Part shown: positions 12,370 through 24,361 of the stretch, piece by piece | Layout: every line of letters begins with the position of its first letter | Numbering within the stretch: position 1 is the stretch's first letter | Assembly (NCBI GenBank): GCA_964016885.1 | Contig: OZ024766.1 | Coordinates: 20,398,001 to 20,462,000 of the forward strand | Direction of reading: 5' to 3' | Length of the DNA stretch: 64,000 bases | Source: Eledone cirrhosa | Taxonomy: Eukaryota | Translations under genes and position numbers: made by a program | Notes under the pieces: generated by a model | What the model was told of the DNA's origin: nothing | The model's database searches: none | Seen by the model: the letters and a program-made list of their open reading frames with translations, nothing else

Positions 12370-14035
12370 TACAGCATCACCGTTTTACGTCTGTTCTTCC
12401 ACGCTAGCATGGGTTAGACGGGTTGTCCTGTTGTGGGCAGTGTCTGGTCGGCTGACCTTGTCTTGCTCATACAGGAACTGATTTGGCTTGATTTCTACAG
12501 CTGGATGCCCTCCCTAACACCAACCTCATTTACAGTGAGTGCTGGGTGCTTTATTTGCCGTGGCACCTCCACGACCACTTTACAGTGAGTGCTGGGTGCT
12601 TTTTTGCTGTGGCACCTCCACGACCTCTTTACAGTGAGGGCTGGGTGCTTTTTTTGCCGTGGCACCTCCACGACCACTTTACAGTGAGTGCTGGGTGCTT
12701 TATTTGCCGTTGCACCTCCACGACCACTTTACAGTGAGGGCTGGGTGCTTTTTGCCGTGGCACCTCCACGACCACTTTACAGTGAGTGCTGGGTGCTTCT
12801 TTGCCGTGGCACCTCCACGACCACTTTACAGTGAGTGCTGGGTGCTTCTTTGCCGTGGCACCTCCACGACCACTTTACAGTGAGTGCTGGGTGCTTTATT
12901 GCCGTGGCACCTCCACGACCACTTTACAGTGAGTGCTGGGTGCTTTTTTGCCGTTGTACCTCCACGACCACTTTACAGTGAGTGCTGGGTGCTTTTTTGC
13001 CGTGGCACCTCCACGACCCCTTTACAGTGAGTGCTGGGTGCTTTTTTGCCGTGGCACCTCCACGACCACTTTACAGTGAGTGCTGGGTGCTTCTTTGCCG
13101 TGGCACCTCCACGACCACTTTACAGTGAGTGCTGGGTGCTTTTTTTGCCGTGGCACCTCCACGACCTCTTTACAGTGTGGGCTGGGTGCTTTTTTTGCCG
13201 TGGCACCTCCACGACCACTTTACAGTGAGTGCTGGGTGCTTTTTTGCCGTGGCACCTCCACGACCACTTTACAGTGAGTGCTGGGTGCTTTTTTGCCGTG
13301 GCACCTCCACGACCACTTTACAGTGAGTGCTGGGTGCTTTTTTGCCTTGGCACCTCCACGACCACTTTACAGTGAGTGCTGGGTGCTTTTTTGCCGTGGC
13401 ACCTCCACGACCCTCTTTACAGTGAGTGCTGGGTGCTTTTTTGCTGTGGCACCTCCACGACCTCTTTACAGTGAGTGCTGGGTGCTTTTTTGCCGTGGCA
13501 CCTCCACGACCACTTTACAGTGAGTGCTGGGTGCTTTTTTGCCGTGGCACCTCCACGACCACTTTACAGTGAGTGCTGGTGCTTTTTTGCTTGGCACCTC
13601 CACGACCACTTTACAGTGAGTGCTGGGTGCTTTTTTGCCGTGGCAACCTCCACGACCTCTTTACAGTGAGTGCTGGGTGCTTTTTTGCTGTGGCACCTCC
13701 ACGACCTCTTTACAGTGAGTGCTGGGTGCTTTTTTTGCCTGGCACCTCCACGACCACTTTACAGTGAGTGCTGGGTGCTTTTTTGCTGTGGCACCTCCAC
13801 GACCTCTTTACAGTGAGTGCTGGGTGCTTTTTTTGCCGTGGCACCTCCACGACCTCTTTACAGTGAGTGCTGGGTGCTTTTTTGCCATGGCACCTCCACG
13901 ATCACTTTACAGTGTGGGCTGGGTGCTTTTTTGCCGTGGCACCTCCACGACCACCTTGCAGTGTGGGGTGTGGGGGCATATTGTCTATATGCTTCAGCTT
14001 GTACCCATGGGAGGTTGGGTACTCTGTATTACATA
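12370..14035 (-). mobile_element. SINE-like element (AGGAAGGGCATCCAGCTGTAGAAA family) containing a ~29-copy 49-bp internal tandem array (12530-13955)
   Basis: Same body as the single-unit copy at 61860-62010 and the arrayed copy at 21866-23025. Confidence 0.8.
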
Positions 14036-14491
14036 TATATATATATATATAGGAACAAGTATGACCTCGACAGCTAGATCCGAAAAAGCTTGAGCTCTGC
14101 CGTCGGAGTCTTGAATCTTTGTGTGTATATATATATATATCGGCGAGTCTACGATTTCCCGCCTTCACTATACACCAATGTATTTACGGGTCACTTTCAC
14201 AACCTTTTAGACCTGTATTAGTTGGAGTGAGGTCATATATTTTGTCGTTCCTGGGGTTTTTAACCCTAGGACAGGAAAATGCTTCTCTGATGATCGTTGC
14301 TTTTCCATTAATATCCTCGTGATATTTTATGTTTTGCAACGTGAAACTGTACAGTAAGGGCCATTAGAATAGGTAAATATTTATATTATATTTTTTAATT
14401 TTGATTGTATATTAATTTTAATTTATTTTGAAAAATTGATTAAATTTTACTTGTTCTGCTTATCTTGATATATATATATATATATATATAT

Positions 14492-15545
14492 AAAACCATA
14501 TTTATTTCGTTATATATATTTCAGGGATATCATATTAATAATATGTTATGCCATCTTCAGACAAAATACAATATAAACAGTCTTATAAATAAATAAATAA
14601 TGGAATGTTTTAATGGAGTGCTTTTATATCAGTTATATATATAAAACCATATTTATTTCGTTATATATATTTCAGGGATATCATATTAATAATATGTTAT
14701 GCCATCTTCAGACAAAATACAATATAAACAGTCTTATAAATAAATAAATAATGGAATGTTTTAATGGAGTGCTTTTATATCAGTTATATATATAAAACCA
14801 TATTTATTTCGTTATATATATTTCAGGGATATCATATTAATAATATGTTATGCCATCTTCAGACAAAATACAATATAAACAGTCTTATAAATAAATAAAT
14901 AATGGAATGTTTTAATGGAGTGCTTTTATATCAGTTATATATATAAAACCATATTTATTTCGTTATATATATTTCAGGGATATCATATTAATAATATGTT
15001 ATGCCATCTTCAGACAAAATACAATATAAACAGTCTTATAAATAAATAAATAATGGAATGTTTTAATGGAGTGCTTTTATATCAGTTATATATATAAAAC
15101 CATATTTATTTCGTTATATATATTTCAGGGATATCATATTAATAATATGTTATGCCATCTTCAGACAAAATACAATATAAACAGTCTTATAAATAAATAA
15201 ATAATGGAATGTTTTAATGGAGTGCTTTTATATCAGTTATATATATAAAACCATATTTATTTCGTTATATATATTTCAGGGATATCATATTAATAATATG
15301 TTATGCCATCTTCAGACAAAATACAATATAAACAGTCTTATAAATAAATAAATAATGGAATGTTTTAATGGAGTGCTTTTATATCAGTTATATATATAAA
15401 ACCATATTTATTTCGTTATATATATTTCAGGGATATCATATTAATAATATGTTATGCCATCTTCAGACAAAATACAATATAAACAGTCTTATAAATAAAT
15501 AAATAATGGAATGTTTTAATGGAGTGCTTTTATATCAGTTATAAA
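14492..15545. repeat. 151-bp AT-rich tandem repeat, 7 near-identical copies
   Basis: Periodicity is directly visible. The array end (15520-15585) resembles 50918-50985, which suggests a dispersed-repeat origin. Confidence 0.92.
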
Positions 15546-15666
15546 TATTTACTCGTTGTTAACCCAACAATTTAAATATAACTTTCCATGTATATATATA
15601 TATATATATATACATATATACATGGTGACCCAAAATAATGTATACACACTTCAAGAGCAGATAACT

Positions 15667-15697
<31 letters not shown>

Positions 15698-15727
15698 CAG
15701 ATTTTATCCATCCCATCAGAATTAAAA

Positions 15728-16927
15728 ATGACTTCGGAATTAAAAATGCCTTCAGAATTAAAAATGCCTTCAGAATTAAAAATGCCTTCAGAATTAAACA
15801 TGACTTCAGAATTAAACATGACTTCAGAATTAAACATGACTTCAGAATTAAACATGACTTCAGAATTAAAAATGACTTCTTCAAGACTTAGCAACGAACA
15901 GAGAGAATTTATCCTAAACTGTTACTGGAAATATGAAAACAAGGCTGATGTTCAGAGGCAGTATAGAAGGGAGTTCCAGTCAGATCCCCCTACGAGGGTC
16001 ACCATCTCTCGAATCATTAAGAAGTTTGAAACTCATGGAACTGTCCAGAATCTGCACAAGAACCGTTCCGGAAGACGACGGAGCTCAACCAACCTGAGAA
16101 CTGAAGAACTGGTGCTGGAAAGCTTTCAGAAGTACCCTGGTATATCCCTGCGACAGGCTAGCCGCGAGGCTGGCATTTCTAAAACATCTGTCCATCGTAT
16201 TTTAAAGCGCTGCAACTGGAACAGCTATGTCCCCGCGCTGGTCCACGCCATCAACGAGGACGACCCCGACAGAAGAATGGAGTTTTGCGAATGGTATTTG
16301 GGTAAATGTCTAGAGGATTCTCGCTTCTCCACGAAGGTTGTGTGGAGCAATGAGGCTATATTTAAATTAAATGGTTCCATCTATCGTCACAATTGCACTT
16401 ATTGGGGGCCGGATAACCTGTACAATCATGAAGACGATATACCAGGGGTGAGTGTGTGGTGTGGTCTTACATCCAGGGGTTTAATCGGCCCGTTCTTTTT
16501 CGATATCATCGTCAGCGGTCTGGTTTATTTAAACATGCTACAGCATTCGGCGATGCCGTGCATCATGGAAATGTTTCAATACGAGGAGTTCCACTTTCAG
16601 CATGACGGCGCCGCCCCGCATTTCCACCCTGACGTGCGATCCTACCTTAACGCCGTCCTGCCAAACAGGTGGATCGGTAGAAGGGGTTTCCTAGAGTACC
16701 CTCCGCGGTCGCCCGACCTCACGCCTCTAGATTTTTTCCTATGGGGTTACTTAAAAGAGAAGGTGTACGCTACAAAACCAGGAACGGTTGATCAACTTAG
16801 AATTGCCATTGAACGAGAGTGCTCTCAAATACCTAAAGAGATGCTTATTGACGCTACTAATTCCATCTATTCCCGCTGCCAACAGTGCGTTGACCAGCAA
16901 GGGTATCAGTTTGAAAACATACAATGA
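15728..16927 (+). CDS. DD41D-type transposase-derived protein (N-terminal HTH DNA-binding region plus DDD domain); first catalytic D replaced by N
   Basis: Uninterrupted 399-aa ORF with motifs WSNEAIF / FQHDGAAPH / [16 protein letters not shown]. There are 41 residues between the 2nd and 3rd Asp. Poly-T + CAG acceptor at 15699-15700. N-terminal 18-bp (M[T/P]SEL[K/N]) x8 repeat. Confidence 0.85.
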   Translation: MTSELKMPSELKMPSELKMPSELNMTSELNMTSELNMTSELNMTSELKMTSSRLSNEQREFILNCYWKYENKADVQRQYRREFQSDPPTRVTISRIIKKFETHGTVQNLHKNRSGRRRSSTNLRTEELVLESFQKYPGISLRQASREAGISKTSVHRILKRCNWNSYVPALVHAINEDDPDRRMEFCEWYLGKCLEDSRFSTKVVWSNEAIFKLNGSIYRHNCTYWGPDNLYNHEDDIPGVSVWCGLTSRGLIGPFFFDIIVSGLVYLNMLQHSAMPCIMEMFQYEEFHFQHDGAAPHFHPDVRSYLNAVLPNRWIGRRGFLEYPPRSPDLTPLDFFLWGYLKEKVYATKPGTVDQLRIAIERECSQIPKEMLIDATNSIYSRCQQCVDQQGYQFENIQ

Positions 16928-16947
16928 CAAGACGTTAGAAAAATGCG

Positions 16948-17880
16948 TTAACCCTTTAGCATTTACATTACTCTATATATACTATTGTATTTTCACGGTG
17001 AAGGTTTTACCTCACATAATATCGAATCTATGAGATTTTGATGTTATTTATCTTGAGAAAAATACCTTAACATCAGTATGAGTGGCCAGTTTGAATAGAA
17101 AGAGGTGAGAGAATTCTGGCCAGATATGACAGGCTTAACCCTTTAGCATTTACATTACTCTATCTATATTATTGTATTGTCACAGTAAAGGCTTTATCCC
17201 ACATAATACCTCACATAACATTTACATTACTCTATATATACTATTGTATTTTCACGGTGAAGGCTTTACCTCACATAATATCTACATTACTCTATATATA
17301 CTATTGTATTGTCACAGTAAAGGCTTTACCTCACATAATATCTCACATAACACTTACATTACTCTATATATACTATTGTATTTTCACGGTGAAGGCTTTA
17401 CCTCACATAACATTTACATTACTCTATATATACTATTGTATTGTCACAGTAAAGGCTTTACCTCACATAATACCTCACATAACATTTACATTACTCTATA
17501 TATACTATTGTATTTTCACGGTGAAGGCTTTACCTCACATAATATCTCACATAACATTTACATTACTCTATATATACTATTGTATTTTCACAGTAAAGGC
17601 TTTACCTCACATAATATCTCACATAACATTTACATTACTCTATATATACTATTGTATTTTCACGGTGAAGGCTTTACCTCACATAACATTTACATTACTC
17701 TATATATACTATTGTATTTTCACGGTGAAGGCTTTACCTCACTTAATATCGATTCTATGAAATTTTGATGTTATTTATCTTGAGAACAATACCTTAACAT
17801 CAGTATGAGTGGCCAGTTTGAATAGAAAGAGGTGAGAGAATGCTGGCCAGATACAGCCTGTTTAAATGCTAAAGGGTTAA
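16948..17880. mobile_element. piggyBac-type MITE(s) with internal tandem amplification (other copies at ~54437-54645, ~59175-59243, ~62728)
   Basis: TTAA-CCCTTTAGCATTT ... AAATGCTAAAGGG-TTAA termini. A second left end starts at 17135. Confidence 0.8.
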
Positions 17881-17884
17881 CTTG

Positions 17885-18230
17885 TGACTGCTATGTATAT
17901 TTTACACAGCTACAGTTGCTGTGTTGCTGTGTATATTTTACACAGCTACAGTGGCTGTGTTGACTGCTGTGTATATTTTACACAGCTACAGTGGCTGTGT
18001 TGACTGCTGTGTATATTTTACACAGCTACAGTTGCTGTGTTGACTGCTGTGTATATTTTACACAGCTACAGTTGCTGTGTCTATTTTACACAGCTACAGT
18101 TGCTGTGTTGACTGCTGTGTCTATTTTACACAGCTACAGTTGCTGTGTTGACTGCTGTGTCTATTTTACACAGTTACAGTTGCTGTGTTGACTGCTGTAT
18201 ATATTTTACATAGTTACAGTTGCTGTGCTG
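17885..18230. repeat. ~41-bp tandem repeat (ATTTTACACAGCTACAGTTGCTGTGTTGACTGCTGTGT)
   Basis: Periodicity is directly visible. Confidence 0.85.
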
Positions 18231-18346
18231 GATTTTTTCTTTTTTTTTTTCCAGTAAAATTATTATTTTTTTAAACGAACATTTATTAACAACATATATC
18301 TGAATGATTGACAAATGTCACATCAATAGACTAGTAACGCCATCTA

Positions 18347-18857
18347 GCTTTGAAGTTATGAACTGTTGGAAGGAGTTCATAACTTTGAAGTTATGAACTG
18401 TTGGAAACCAGTTCATAACTTTGAAGTTAGGGACTGTTGGAAAGGAGTTCATAACTTTGAAGTTATGGACTGTTGGAAAGGAGTCCATAACTTTGAAGTT
18501 AGGGACTGTTGGAAAGGAGTCCATAACTTTGAAGTTATGGACTGTTGGAAAGGAGTCCATAACTTTGAAGTTAGGGACTGTTGGAAAGGAGTTCATAACT
18601 TTGAAGTTATGAACTGTTGGAAAGGAGTTCATAACTTTGAAGTTAGGGACTGTTGGAAAGGAGTTCATAACTTTGAAGTTAGGGACTGTTGGAAAGGAGT
18701 TCATAACTTTGAAGTTATGAACTGTTGGAAAGGAGTTCATAACTTTGAAGTTAGGGACTGTTGGAAAGGAGTCCATAACTTTGAAGTTAGGGACTGTTGG
18801 AAAGGAGTTCATAACTTTGAAGTTAGGGACTGTTGGAAACCAGTTCATAACCTTGAA
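18347..18857. repeat. 36-bp tandem repeat containing the palindrome (TTCA)TAACTT-TG-AAGTTA(TGAA)
   Basis: Periodicity is directly visible. The long ORFs here are repeat artefacts. Confidence 0.9.
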
Positions 18858-18928
18858 ACAGGTTAGGACAAATTCTCTCGTCTGCAACAATGAAGAAGTT
18901 AAAAAAAATTCTGTTTTATATGCATCAC

Positions 18929-19692
18929 TGGTGGATTGACAGTATAGGTAGAGGGTCGGATGCTATGCTTTGTAGCATAGAGCTGTGGCCCTTTGCAGTC
19001 TGAGTTCAAATCCCGCCGAGGTCAACTTTGCCCTTTCGTCCTTACCGGGGTCGATAAAATGAAGTACCAGTAATGCACTGGGATAATTGCTGGCCTTGTG
19101 CCAAAAAGTAGAAACAATTATTACGGGGTCAGTAATATAAAGTACCAGTAATACACTGGGGTAATTGCTGGCCTTGTGCCCCCCTAAAGTAGAAACAATT
19201 ATTACGGGGTCAGTAATATAAAGTACCAGTAATACACTGGGATAATTGCTGGCCTTGTGCCCCCCAAAAGTAGAAACAATTATTACGGGGTCGATAAAAT
19301 TAAAGTACCAGTAATACACTGGGGTAATTGCTGGCCTTGTGCCCCCAAAAAGTAGAAACAGTTATTACGGGGTCTGTAAAATAAAGTACCAGTAATACAC
19401 TGGGATAATTGCTGGCCTTGTGCCCCCCAAAAGTAGAAACAATTATTACGGGGTCGATAAAATTAAAGTACCAGTAATACACTGGGGGTAATTGCTGGCC
19501 TTGTGCCCCCCAAAAGTAGAAACAATTATTACGGGGTCAGTAATATAAAGTACCAGTAATACACTGGGGTAATTGCTGGCCTTGTGCCCCCCAAAAGTAG
19601 AAACAATTATTACGGGGTCGATAAAATTAAAGTACCAGTAATACACTGGGGTAATTGCTGGCCTTGTGCCCCCCTAAAGTAGAAACAATTAT
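18929..19692 (+). mobile_element. SINE family A with its 3' ~81-bp segment amplified ~8 times
   Basis: B-box GAGTTCAAATCC at ~19002. Matches the reverse complement of 7070-7262. Confidence 0.85.
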
Positions 19693-19839
19693 TTAAATTA
19701 TGCAAACATTTTTAGGGGTTTACATGCAACTGAATGTGTGTAGTTCCTTTTTATTTTTGGGAAAGGCTGTGTATTCAAATAAATATTGCCTGACTAGGCA
19801 ATCAAAGTGTGTATACATTATTTTGGGACATCCTGTATA

Positions 19840-20127
19840 TATGTAAATATGTATGTAGGTGAATATATATGTAAAAATGTGTGTGTGTATATACACATAA
19901 AATTGCATGTATTATATATATATATGTAAAAGTTTATGTGTGTGTGTGTGTATATATATATGTAAGTGTGTGTGTGTGTATATATATATGTAAGTGTGTG
20001 TGTGTGTATATATATATATATGTAAATGTATGTGTGTATATATATATATATATATGGAAATGTTTATGTGTGTGTGTGTATATACACATAAAATTGCATG
20101 TATTATATATATATATGTAAAAGTTTA

Positions 20128-20158
<31 letters not shown>

Positions 20159-20819
20159 GTAAGTGTGTGTGTGTGTATATATATATATGTAAGTGTGTGT
20201 GTGTGTATATATACATATATGTAAATGTATGTGTGTGTATATATATATATATATGGAAATGTTTGTGTGTGTGTATATATGTATGTATATATATATATGG
20301 AAATGTATGTGTATATATATATATGGAAATGTTTACGTGTGTGTGTATATGTATATATATATATATGTAAATGTATGTGTATATATATATATATATGGAA
20401 ATGTTTATGTGTGTGTGTGCGTATGTATATATATATATATATGTAAATGTGTGCGTATATATATATATATGGAAATGTTTATGTGTGTGTGTGTATATAT
20501 ATGTATGTAGGTGAATATATATGTAAAAATGTGTGTGTGTATATACACATAAAATTGCATGTATTATATATATATGTGTAAAAGTTTATGTGTGTGTGTA
20601 TATATATATATATATGGAAATGTTTGTGTGTGTGTTTGTATATGTATGTATATATATATGTAAATGTATGTGTATATATATATATATGGAAATGTTTGTG
20701 TGTGTGTGTATATATATATATATGTGTAAATGTGTGTGTGTATATACACATAAAATTGCATGTATTATATATATTTATATGTAAATGTATGTATATATAT
20801 ATATATATGGAAATGTTTA

Positions 20820-20850
<31 letters not shown>

Positions 20851-21041
20851 GTGTATATTATATATGTAAATGTATGTGTATATATATAGATATGGAAATG
20901 TTTATGTGTGTGTGTATATATATATATGTATGTATGTATATATCTATTTATAGTTACAAATTCATTTGTTTGAACACTTAAATGGCAGTGTGTTGGCCCT
21001 ATACCCATATATATATATATGTAAAAGTTTATATGTGTGTG

Positions 21042-21079
<38 letters not shown>

Positions 21080-21585
21080 GAAATGTATGTATATATATAT
21101 ATATATGGAAATGTATGTATATATATATATATATGGAAATGTATGTATATATATATATATATGGAAATGTATATATATATATATATATGGAAATGTATGT
21201 ATATATATATATATGGAAATGTATGTGTATATATATATATATGGAAATGTATGTATATATATATATGGAAATGTATGTGTATATATATATATATATGGAA
21301 ATGTATGTATATATATATATATGGAAATGTATGTATATATATATATATGGAAATGTATGTGTATATATATATATGGAAATGTATATATATATATATATGG
21401 AAATGTATGTATATATATATATATATATATGGAAATGTATGTATATATATATAGAAATGTATGTATATATATATATATGGAAATGTATGTATATATATAT
21501 ATGGAAATGTATGTATATATCTATTTATAGTTACAAATTCATTTGTTTGAACACTTAAATTGCAGTGTGTTGGCCCTATACCCAT
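19840..21585. repeat. Compound (TA)n/(TG)n microsatellite punctuated by GGAAATGT
   Basis: Directly visible. Confidence 0.9.
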
Positions 21586-21589
21586 CCAT

Positions 21590-23520
21590 CAATGTTGATT
21601 TTACTTTGGAATTCTGGGATTGATGCCAGTGAGCTGGGACCCCTACTTAAAACTCTTGTACAATAGGGAATACTTAGACGCAAGGTCAGAAAGAGGCTGA
21701 CCACCCTAACCACCCACCATTATCTCAATGGCCAAGAAGACCCACAGAGAAGTATGGAACGGGGGGACCAGAGCCATACGGACCCCCAAAAACCACAACG
21801 CAGCAAAGAAAATGCTTGCACGTGCGGTCGAGGCCAGTTTAAAATTAACCCTTAAGGAACATATCATAATCATTTCATTTCACGTCCGCTTTTCCCTGCT
21901 TGCAAGGGTGGGACGGGAACTGATTCTGGCTTGATTTCTACAGCTGGATGCCCTTCCTAACACCACCTCATTTACAGTGAGTGCTGGGTGCTTTTTTGCC
22001 GTGGCACCTCCACGGCCACTTTACAGTGAGTTCTGGGTGCTTTTTTGCCGTGGCACCTCCACGGCCACTTTACAGTGAGTGCTGGGTGCTTTTTTGCCGT
22101 GGCACCTCCACGGCCACTTTACAGTGAGTGCTGGGTGCTTTTTTTGCCGTGGCACCTCCACGACCACTTTACAGTGAGTGCTGGGTGCTTTTTTTGCCGT
22201 GGCACCTCCACGACCACTTTACAGTGAGTGCTGGGTGCTTTTTTGCCGTGGCACCTCCACGACCACTTTACAGTGAGTGCTGAGTGCTTTTTTGCTGTGG
22301 CACCTCCACGACCACTTTACAGTGAGTGCTGGGTGCTTTTTTGCCGTGGCACCCCCACGACCACTTTACAGTGAGTGCTGGGTGCTTTTTTTACCTTGGC
22401 ACCTCCACGACCACTTTACAGTGAGTGCTGGGTGCTTTTTTGCCGTGGCACCTCCACGACCACTTTACAGTGAGTGCTGGGTGCTTTTTTGCCGTGGCAC
22501 CTCCACGACCACTTTACAGTGAGTGCTGGGTGCTTTTTTGCCGTGGCACCCCCACGACCACTTTACAGTGAGTGCTGGGTGCTTTTTTGCCGTGGCACCC
22601 CCACGACCACTTTACAGTGAGTGCTGGGTGCTTTTTTGCCGTGGCACCTCCACGACCACTTTACAGTGAGTGCTGGGTGCTTTTTTGCTGTGGCACCTCC
22701 ACGACCACTTTACAGTGAGTGCTGGGTGCTTTTTTGCCGTGGCACCTCCACGACCACTTTACAGTGAGTGCTGGGTGCTTTTTTGCTGTGGCACCTCCAC
22801 GACCACTTTACAGTGAGTGCTGGGTGCTTTTTTGCTGTGGCACCTCCACGACCACTTTACAGTGAGTGCTGGGTGCTTTTTTGCTGTGGCACCTCCACGA
22901 CCACTTTACAGTGAGTGCTGGGTGATTTTTTGCCGTGGCACCTCCACGACCACCTTGCAGTGGGGGCATATTTTCTATATGCTTCAGCTTGTACCCATGG
23001 GAGGTCGGGTACTCTGTATTACTGCGTGACGCCAGAGGTCACGGTCGTGTGTCATCGCCTTTGAGAGGTGTAGTTGGGTAATATCGTAGTAAAAACACCC
23101 TCCCATCCACCCCCCCGCGGGAGGACAGTCAGGAATTAGAGAAGAACAGCATGGAAAGTATCCAGCAAATAGCTAACTCCATCCACCAGAGTATTAAAGT
23201 TACTATAAGCTACCTTACCATAGATTACCTACCTGCACTAGACACAGAACTCTGGTTGGTAACACAGCGCAAATCCTCCATTGTGTCAAACCCGTGACCT
23301 CCAAATGCCTGATCCACCGAAATTTAGTTGTTTTGGATGAAATGAAAGGTAACATATTGATTGTGGACTTAGTAAGAATGATGAAGCATGTGCAACCCTA
23401 AAGAATCAGGGTGTATAAAGGAACCAGGGCCAAATGGGCAAAGATTATAGAAAATTATGTGAATTGGACTTGCCCCGTATATAGGAGCAACTTTTGGAAT
23501 AAGATAGAATATTAAAACCC
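21590..23520 (+). mobile_element. Degenerate Penelope-like RT fragments (21590-21865 and 23100-23520), interrupted by a SINE/49-bp array
   Basis: Peptides KKMLARAVEASLKLTLKEHI, IQQIANSIHQSIKVTI..LPALDTELW and KPVTSKCLIH..NILIVDLVRMM resemble PLE RT palm/thumb motifs from memory. Stops and frameshifts are present. Confidence 0.6.
21866..23025 (-). mobile_element. SINE-like element with ~20-copy 49-bp internal array (21972-22955)
   Basis: Same unit and same distal flank (GGGGCATATT..CCCATGGGAGG) as 12370-14035. Confidence 0.85.
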
Positions 23521-23559
23521 CACAAAGTCAACCCAGGGTGTAACGCATGCGTAAACAAA

Positions 23560-24345
23560 GTAGACAACATACAAAAACGATGGTGTGGGATAGAAAAAAA
23601 AAAAAAAAATTAGTCACTGAGGAGGTCACAATGTGTGATGAAAGAACTTTGACTATAAATAAACAACCAACCAACTGGAAATTTGTAATAAATTTATAAT
23701 AAATTGAAGTGAAAACCAACGAATGTGTGTGTTTTTTTTTATTTTATTGGCAACATGACCCTCAAGTATAAATATCTGTTTCAAGACGTGTTTTGAGGTA
23801 AGAAATCTTGCAAAGCAAATTAAAAAACGAAGTGTGTGTGTGTATATATATATATATATGTGTGTGTAACACAGTAACAAGATGGTGTAAGAGAGAGACA
23901 AAATAAAACCTAGTCACTGAGGAGGTCACAGAGTGTGACGAAAGAGCTTTGACAATAAATAAACAGCCGACTGGAAATTTATAATAAATTGAAGTGAAAT
24001 CCAACAGATGTGTCTGTGTTTTTCTTTTATTGGCAACATGACCCTCCCAATGTATAACGATATCTGTTTCAAGATACGTTTTGAGGTAAGAAATCTTGAA
24101 AAACAAATTAAAAAACGTGTGTGTGTATATATATATATATATATGTTGTGTGTATAACAAAAACAAGATCGTGTAGGACAGAACAAAAGTGACACAAAAT
24201 AAAAACCGAGTCTCTGAGGAGGTCACAATGTGTGACGAAAGAACTTTGACAATATATAAACAGTGATCTGGTTATCGAACCAACCAACAGGAAATTTATA
24301 ATAAATTGAATTGAAAACCAACAGGTGTGTGTGTTTTTATTGGCA
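23560..24345 (+). ncRNA. ~300-bp tandem repeats (pLTR/retrozyme-like), each with a type I hammerhead-ribozyme-like motif (23611-23655, 23911-23953, 24208-24250)
   Basis: TAGTCA-CTGAGGA-G-GTCACA-nnn-TGTGAY-GAAA-GARC-TT-TGAC(TA) gives stem I, the CUGANGA core, a 6-bp stem II, GAAA and a minimal stem III. It lies directly after a Penelope-like RT relic. Confidence 0.6.
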
Positions 24346-24361
24346 GTATTTACATTACTCT

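Larger units (their letters stand above)
15621..19835 (+). mobile_element. Tc1/mariner DD41D (rosa/Visitor-type) element outline with nested insertions
   Basis: 31-bp TIRs at 15621-15651 and 19805-19835 (28/31 match), each flanked by TA. They enclose the transposase ORF. Confidence 0.8.
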
